A stretch of DNA of 18,671 bases from Piromyces finnis finn. Lineage: Eukaryota; Fungi; Neocallimastigomycota. Position numbers and translations under genes: made by a program. Under the pieces are notes generated by a model. That model did not search any database and had not been told where the DNA came from. It worked only from the letters and a program-made list of their open reading frames with translations. Where the stretch lies: contig MCFH01000194.1 in NCBI GenBank assembly GCA_002104945.1, forward strand, positions 1 through 18,671, in the 5' to 3' direction. Below, one piece after another: positions 11,301 through 18,671 of the stretch; position 1 is the first letter of the stretch; every line of letters starts with the position of its first letter.

Positions 11301-13072
11301 AGAATTAACTTCTTCAATAGTATGTTTGAGTTTGAAATAAGCATCGGTTGGTGGAAGCTTCAATTCAACAATTAATCTATCAAATTTACTAATAACTAAA
11401 GTAATAGCAAGCTTTTCTCTACAAGCATGTCTAATTAATCTTTCAGTTTGTGACATAACCTAATTATTTATTTAAAATAAAATAATATATTATTTAATAA
11501 ATAATTTTTCCTTTATTTTAAAAAATAGTATTGCTAATAAATTATGAAAAATAATAATTTTTATGTCCTATCCTACTCCTTCGACGGCATCAACTACAAT
11601 AACAACACCATCAGCAACTCTTAAAGCAGCAGTAACTTCATCAGAGAAATTTGCATGGCCTTCATTAAATTTTGTAGTAATAAAGTTAAAGCATTAATAT
11701 TCAATATTTTCTCAAGTATTTAATATTCCCAGTCAAATAAAATAAAATATATAAACTAAATAAAACATTACCTGGAGTATCGTATAAAATTAATTAAGTA
11801 AGACTTATCCTTTGAATCTTGTAATAATAATGACATTGGCATACTCTTAATACTTAAACCACGTTGTCTTTCTAAAATATGAATATCGGTGTATCTTTGC
11901 TATTTTGAGTAATAATTCGCCAATATATTATAAAATTATTTTTGCATATAATGGTTTAAATAATACAATAATAATTAATTTCGAATGATTATTAAGTTGA
12001 AAGAAATTTCTATTTCAAAATAATTTTTTTTTAATTACATCTTTTTCTAATTCCCAACTTAAGTTATGAGTTTGAGAAACAAGCATATCTACAAAAGTAG
12101 TTTTACCATGGTGTAAATTACCAATCAATGCAACATTTCTAACCATACTGGATGATCAGTCATATCAATTAAATATCTAAATTGATGATAGTTTCATATA
12201 CATTATATTACAATTAATTTATTAATTTATATATAAATTAATTTATATTTTAATCTATAATAAATTGAACAAAATTCAAATTACTGTTTTGCTATAATTA
12301 GTTTGTGGTAAATTCTTTTCTTGAATTTGGAATTTCTTTGCTCTTATTGGAGCAATAATTGGTTCAGATAATGGTTGAGTATCTTCTTCTTGAACTAAAT
12401 TTTCAACATCTTTACCATATACTTCTTCAGCACTTGGATAATATGATTTGTCTTCGTGTAATACAACTTCCATTGAAGGATTTTCTTTAATTTTAAATGA
12501 AATTTTATATTGAAAATAGTAATAGTTGTGTGAAATAATTTTTATTTATATTTTTGAATTTTTAAATGAATTGTATATTTTGATTTTGGAAATGATATTT
12601 TTTTCGTTATTGTTGTTAATAAAAGCATGTTTATTCATCGATTGATAATATTATTTTTAAAATTAATAATTCAACAAATAAAAAAAAATTTAATAAATTT
12701 TTTTTATTAATAAATTCAAAGTTATTTCTTTTTTTAAAAAAAAAAAGTTTTGTATCATTTATTTCAATAAATAAAAAAAAGTGTATTCTTTACTAATAAT
12801 AAATTTAAAATGAAAAATGAAAAAAAAAATAAAAAATATTTAAAATATACCATCAACTTTAATTAATTGCATTCCATCTAATCCTTCACCCATTTGTACA
12901 TCATCTGTATCCATTTCATTTTCATCTTTTTCTTCATCTTCCTCATCTTGATCTTTTTCTTCTGCTATTTCTGGTTGTGGAATATTTTGAGTTTCTTCTT
13001 CATAATCTGATTCTTCATCGGATAATTCGGGACCAATGTAATTACCAATTCATCATATTGTGAAAAATCCAT
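8377..13072 (-). CDS. SNU114: U5 snRNP 116 kDa GTPase Snu114/EFTUD2 (EF-2-like); complete, 13 exons, about 6 apparent 1-bp indels
   Basis: Starts MDFSQYDE(F)GNYIGPEL plus an acidic N-terminus; [18 protein letters not shown]; G1 GNLHHGKT; [12 protein letters not shown]; [20 protein letters not shown]; FILEPLYK; [15 protein letters not shown]; [26 protein letters not shown]; [25 protein letters not shown]; [11 protein letters not shown]; [20 protein letters not shown]. Approximate exons: 13072-12851, 12484-12286, 12176-12040, 11900-11772, 11660-11578, 11459-11294, 11191-10917, 10801-10609, 10490-10229, 10142-9691, 9476-9055, 8909-8553, 8454-8377. Confidence 0.97.
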
Positions 13073-13574
13073 TTTGATTTTATATACTTTTTCCTTTTTT
13101 AAAACCTCGTTAATTACAATTCCAATGTATTATTTATGATTTTAATTAATTAAAAATTATTGTTAAATTGACAAACTATTTATTTCAATTGAAATGTGTA
13201 TAAATTTAAATTTTTTTTTTTTTTTGTTTTTCACTATATTTGATATTTGTTTTGTTATAATTATATTTTGTTATCTTTATATTATTAATGATAAATATTA
13301 ATATTAAAATAAAAGAAGGTCTAATGTAAAACAAAAAAAAAAAAAAAAATAAATGATGTTAATATTACAATAAAAAAATTGAAATAAATTTTTTTATTAT
13401 TTAACCAAAAAAGTAATTTTTTTTTATTTTATTTTATTGGTAAAATTAATATAAAAAGGTAAAATTAAAAAACTTTGAAAAATATTTAATTTAAAAAAAG
13501 AGATAAACTTTATATATTAATAGTATAATCAATATAAATGAATAATATATTATCAATTTATTTCTATAAAATAT

Positions 13575-13582
13575 GATTGGCT
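13575..13582 (-). promoter_or_regulatory. Possible CCAAT box (AGCCAATC on the SNU114 sense strand), ~500 bp upstream of the ATG
   Basis: GATTGGCT matches the NF-Y/Hap-type consensus in an otherwise very AT-rich upstream region; motif match only. Confidence 0.3.
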
Positions 13583-13665
13583 GATACTATAATTTAATTA
13601 AATGTATTTTACATACCAAAAATTATATGAAAATTTTTTAAAATAAAAAAAGGTTGATGAAAGCT

Positions 13666-13803
13666 AACTGCTAATAGCTCATTAAATCAGCCATAGTTCA
13701 TTTGATAGTACCATTAACTACTTGGATAACGTGGTAATTCTAGATCTAATATATACATAAAAATCTGACTTCTGGAAATGGAAATGTTATATTTATTAGG
13801 ATA
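13666..13803 (+). pseudogene. Degenerate 18S (SSU) rRNA fragment from the 5' domain, outside any rDNA context
   Basis: AACTGCTAATAGCTCATTAAATCAG...TTTGATAGTACC...CTACTTGGATAAC-GTGGTAATTCTAGATCTAATA...GACTTCTGGAA...TATTTATTAG follows the fungal 18S segment AACTGCGAATGGCTCATTAAATCAG...TACTTGGATAACCGTGGTAATTCTAGAGCTAATAC...GACTTCTGGAAGGG...TATTTATTAG (recalled from memory), with substitutions and small indels. The flanks are non-rDNA AT-rich sequence. Confidence 0.9.
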
Positions 13804-14628
13804 GGAAGAAAAATATTTTTTATCGTTATAAAATAAAAAATTTGCTTTTTTCCAACAAGAATTAAAATGATTTTTTAATATTGAAAGGAATTATTTTATT
13901 TAAAAAAAAAAAAAAAAAAGTGGGAAAAGATGAGAGAATATATATATTTTTTTTTTAATTATATTTTATATAGTTTATTAGGAAAAAAAAGTATTTTTTT
14001 ATATAATATTATTTTATATTATTTTACAAAAGTGTATTGTAAAAAAAAAAAAAAAAAAGGAAGAAAAAAGAAAATTAAGGTAAAAAAAAAAAAACTTTAA
14101 AGTATTTCTTTCTTTTTTTCTTTCTCTTTTTTTTTTTATTTGTATGCATGTCCATATAATAGAATTATTAATATTAATATTGTTACTGAATTAAAAAAAA
14201 TTATAATATAATCTTTATTTAAATAATTATATTATAATTCTATATATAAAAATTATTGAAATATTTTATATATAATTGAAAAATACTGTTATGTAAAAAG
14301 AAACTACAAAAAAAAAAATTATATATATATATATATACTTTTTTTATAATATTATTTAGTATATTATAAAATAATATTTCAAAAATTTGGTATTGTCATT
14401 GATCGATGTATTATTATTATTTAAATTAATTTTTTAAAGATATTATAGATTAGTATTTTTTTAAAAAAGAAAGCTTTTTTTTTTTTTTTTTTTTTTTTCA
14501 TTATATATATTATTTTTGTTCATATAAAAGATTTTGTATAATTAAGTTAATACGGATAGCTTATATACTTTTTTAGATTTTTTGATAAAATACTATATAT
14601 TGATTATATTTTTATTTTTTTTATTTTT

Positions 14629-15507
14629 CTAATTTTGTTTCTTCTTCTTCATCTTCAAACAGAATTTATCAGGAACCTTTATATTATCATGAATTAATAA
14701 TATGTATAAATAGAAATTATATTAATATTATTTTATTTATTTCATCAATATAATAAAAATCCTTATGAAATTTCAATTTACCATTAAGAAATATCTGGCC
14801 ATTGATTCTCTAAATCTATTCTTGTATTGAACTGGTGAAATAATGGTTGGATCTTTACCACCTCCACCAAGAATACTGTTTCTTTTACCCCAACTTTCAA
14901 GTTTTTTATCCCAAGTAAATGTTTCTTATATAATCTATTATTAAGTAATTATTATTACAAAAGATAAAAGAATTAATAACCTTTGTTTATTAATTATTAT
15001 TATTTATTATAATATAAATATACGCTTTTTTTTTTAACCCATTAATGAAACAAAATAAATTACTTACCAACAATTCCTGTAATTAACTCTTGAGTTTCAT
15101 TATCAACACCAACAACTAAAGAATAATCCATAACATTAAGTTGTGATAAGAATGAAGTATCTTTCCATACAGAAGTAAATAATAAATTCTTGGAATATTC
15201 TCTAATATATAAAGGTTGTTCGTTGATTACTAAATAAAAAAGAAATTATTTAAAAATTAAAATGATTATTATAAATATTGAAAATGAATGATGAATTATA
15301 ATATGCATATATATAGTCTTTAATACTAAATTAATTTACATTCTAATAAGTTTTCATCTAATAAAACTTTCATTTTCCTTTCCGGTAGATTGTGCATGTC
15401 TATTTCTAGTAGAACCCTTTAAATCAAAAATCTAATTTATATAAATTTAATATACCATACTATATGTTAGTATCATTAATTTATAAATAAATATAATATA
15501 TATAATA

Positions 15508-15545
<38 letters not shown>

Positions 15546-18500
15546 TTTGAACACTTATGACCATAAAAGAGATTTCCATTACCAATACATCCATTCTTAT
15601 ATTCTTACCACTATTTGGATTTTTAATACCAAATCGATAAATACCATATATTTTTGCTAAAGATGTAGGAGTCTGCATTTAAATAAAAATAAATAATAAT
15701 AATTATATTAATAATAATTTAAAAAAAAATTTTTTTTTTTTATAATCTATTATTTATCGTTTAAACTTGAAAAATTTACTTTATTGTAGAAAACATTATT
15801 TAAATATTCAAAGTATTCATCAGCAAATTTAAGGAAGGCATCCATTTCTGGTCTAGATAATTGTTTTACAATGAATCTATCATCTAAATATTTATTAATA
15901 ATATATATAAAAAAATAAAAAAAAAATTAATATTATTTATGTTTTTTATTTATATATATAGTTTCTTTTAAAAAAAAAAAAAAAATTACCTCTAGTTTTT
16001 AAAAAAGGCTGAACCTGATTTACACCATCATTACTCCACTTAAGACAATGAGAAAGGGATTGAATATAAATTTTATCAACACCACAGTTTTTACGAAGAT
16101 TTTCAAATTTTTCTGGATAAAATATTTTACAGAAAATTCTAGTAGAGCCATCCATAAATTCTTTTACATATATAAATAAAAAAAATATTAAAAACAATTA
16201 CAAAAATAAATATTTTGGGGGGAATTTATAGTATTAAATACTTACGACATTTTATATGATTATCAGTTTTAGATTTATAAATGGATTCATTATCATTATT
16301 AGGACGTTCATCTTCTTCGGAAAGTATACCATTAGCATTATTAGTATTATTAAGGTTATTATTCACATTACTATTATTATTAGTATCGGTTGAATTATTG
16401 CTGGTACCATTATGATTACCAATAATTTCATCAATAATTTTATGAACCTTATTTTCATCATTGTTTGATTCGGTAACACCACGAGTGGTATTTTCCTCAT
16501 CAGGGACATTGTCATCATTGACAATTCCAGAGGCATTACTATGGGTAGGAAGTGCGGAATTTTGGGTTTCGACAAGATTAGTAGAGCCATTCGTAGTATT
16601 AACATTACTACCATTAGTAACAGCACTGACAGGAGTATTTAAATTTTCAGAATCTACAGCACTATTAACGGATGTAGTGGTGGCATAGGAAGTCAAGGCA
16701 TTAATAATTGAACCATTATGACCAACGGAATGAATAGAATTATTATGACGTCTTGGAAGAGATTGTGGTTGAAATTGTTGCTGTTGTTGAAGAAGACTAT
16801 TACGGTATTCACGTGAATTAAGAGCAAAGGCAATGACTGAGCTTGGTTCATCCTCACGAACAATAACTAAAGATCCACGGAAGATATGTTGATCCGGTGG
16901 GAATGGATAATCAAGGGGTGAGAAATGGGAAGAATTGGTCCAGAATTGAGATAATGTTTTCATGATAGACATTTTTTCAATTTCTGTATCGGTTTCATTA
17001 TCACTTTCATTGTTATAGGTGAGAGGAGTGACGCTGATGACATCAGTAATATCTAATGGTAAATCATACTCAAGAGAGGTCAACGCCAAGTTGTTATCTT
17101 TAGAATTTCTATCGGTGAGAGAAAGTGGAGGAGAAGTGAGAATGTTTTCTTCATTTTCTGGTTTATCATGGCGTGAATCGAAACGATTACCATTTTCAAG
17201 ATCCATCTTAACACGTTGTTCTTTCACCGAATTTGTACGTTTTAATTTATGTATAGAGTTGGTACGAAGGAATACTGAAGTTGTCGGATTAGGCATGGAT
17301 GGTCTTATGTCAGACATAATGGTTGTAGCATTATCAGCTGTTTCAGACACAAGAAGAGAATCAATATACTCCATTTCAAGAAGAGGACTATTTTGTTCTG
17401 CATCGTCATCCATTTGGAATTTTTGATCATGACTTTTGGCATCACTTTCTAAAAAGGTATTCTTACTGTAAATAGAGGAAGTGTCAAGAGTAGGATCCGT
17501 TTTAACACGTTGTGGAGAACCAGGTAATATCATAAGGGATTCATTCATACTATTCTTCTTTTCCATAATAATAGATTCCGGTTCAATACCAACATCTTCA
17601 GAATTTGCGTTGTTTAAACTGTCTGAAATAATTGGAAGAGCATCATCGATTAAATGTGAAAAGTTAGTAATATTAGTATTTATCTTTAATGAAGTATTTT
17701 CCTTTTTATCATCATCATCCTTAAAGGTAAGTAAATTCTTGTCAATTTCTACAGGTGCAATGTTATTGTCATCATTATTATCATCATTTTTAATGACATT
17801 CATAAAAAGATAGTTACTATCAACTGGTGAACCAAATACTGAAGAAATAGATTTTAATTTGTGTTTACCATTAAAGAAGGGATGATCCTTGAATGGAGAA
17901 AAAGAATTTTCCATTAAAAGCATTTGAATTCTTCCATAAGAATATGGATCATTATCAAAACGACCACCGGAATGATTAATTAATAGAGATCTGGAACGAG
18001 ATCTTCTGGCCTTATTGATCTTCATTTTTCTTAATTTATTTGTAGTAAGAGATTTCATATTAAATTTATGAAGGCTATTTCTCTTTACATCTTCTTTGCT
18101 TTCAACAACCTTTTCATCTTCTTCTTCCTCTTCTTCATCATCACCATCTTCTCCTTCTTCTTCATCTAATTCATTACGATCATTCATACTTTCTATTTCG
18201 TCTTCTTCTTCATCTTCTTCAACCGCATCCTTGGCATCTAATTTTCCCATTTCTAAATCAAATTCAATGTTATTATCATTTTCAGTGACATTGGCATTAG
18301 CATTGGCATTTTCTTCTTTTTTCTTTCATTAGCTCCTTTACACCCTCCAATGATTCATTATGATTAACAATGGATTGAAGAGGTGAAGATTGCGATGGAG
18401 AATTGCCTAATTCAGGGAAGGATATTGATATATCACGACTTGGTTTCATCATAGGATCAGTGGAATCATCACGTCCAACGGTCATATAATCATTTTTGGT

Positions 18501-18671
18501 GACAAAAGCGTGTTTTAATTGAATACGTTTGTTAAATTCACGATCTAATTGGAAATACTTTTGAGAAAAGGCTTCAAAATCATTATCATATTCCGAAATT
18601 TTTTCTTGTAAAACGTGTACAACATTGTTAAGGGAAAGAACTCAGCGGGTGTTGAAGCAAAGCAGTGTTTG
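14629..18671 (-). CDS. FAB1: 1-phosphatidylinositol-3-phosphate 5-kinase Fab1/PIKfyve, C-terminal part (5'-truncated by the window; 8 exons visible; several indels)
   Basis: [21 protein letters not shown] (Fab1 hallmark). Kinase exons give [34 protein letters not shown] (after correcting two indels), [103 protein letters not shown]. The long exon runs from 16246 to beyond 18671; the stop position is uncertain (14629 or 14621). Confidence 0.96.
15510..15542. repeat. Poly(T)33 tract, read as A33 immediately after the GT donor of a FAB1 intron
   Basis: The minus strand reads ...TCAAAG|GT followed directly by the A run. Confidence 0.9.

Noticed and set aside
16363-18332. Overlapping ORFs (16363-16626 -, 16461-16688 +, 17019-17426 +, 17481-17813 +, 18096-18332 +)
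   Set aside because: Alternate-frame or antisense shadows of the low-complexity FAB1 exon, with no independent motifs.
1-18671. CRISPR array, transposase/retroelement ORF, Fanzor/TnpB or a horizontally acquired bacterial gene
   Set aside because: No repeat-spacer array, no DDE, RT or RuvC motifs, and all coding sequence is explained by intron-containing eukaryotic genes.

Overview
Very AT-rich, intron-rich fungal genomic DNA. Composition, intron style, a Zn2Cys6 gene and a fungal-type 18S fragment suggest an anaerobic gut fungus (Neocallimastigomycota); this is inference only. Contents in order: (1) a ~3.77 kb fold-back inverted repeat (1-1839 vs 1904-3765, 64 bp spacer) holding two head-to-head, truncated copies of a Zn(II)2Cys6 transcription factor gene; (2) an AT-rich divergent intergenic region with small GC-richer islands; (3) a spliced SDS22-like leucine-rich-repeat gene with a K/E/N-rich tail (+); (4) a complete 13-exon SNU114/EFTUD2 spliceosomal GTPase gene (-); (5) an isolated, degenerate ~140 bp 18S rRNA fragment; (6) the 3' part of a FAB1/PIKfyve PI3P 5-kinase gene (-). 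Every gene, including conserved housekeeping ones, carries scattered single-base indels, mostly in homopolymers. This points to a poorly polished long-read consensus, so the palindrome may be an assembly or amplification artefact. I see no convincing novel biological system. The palindrome and the orphan 18S fragment most merit a second look.
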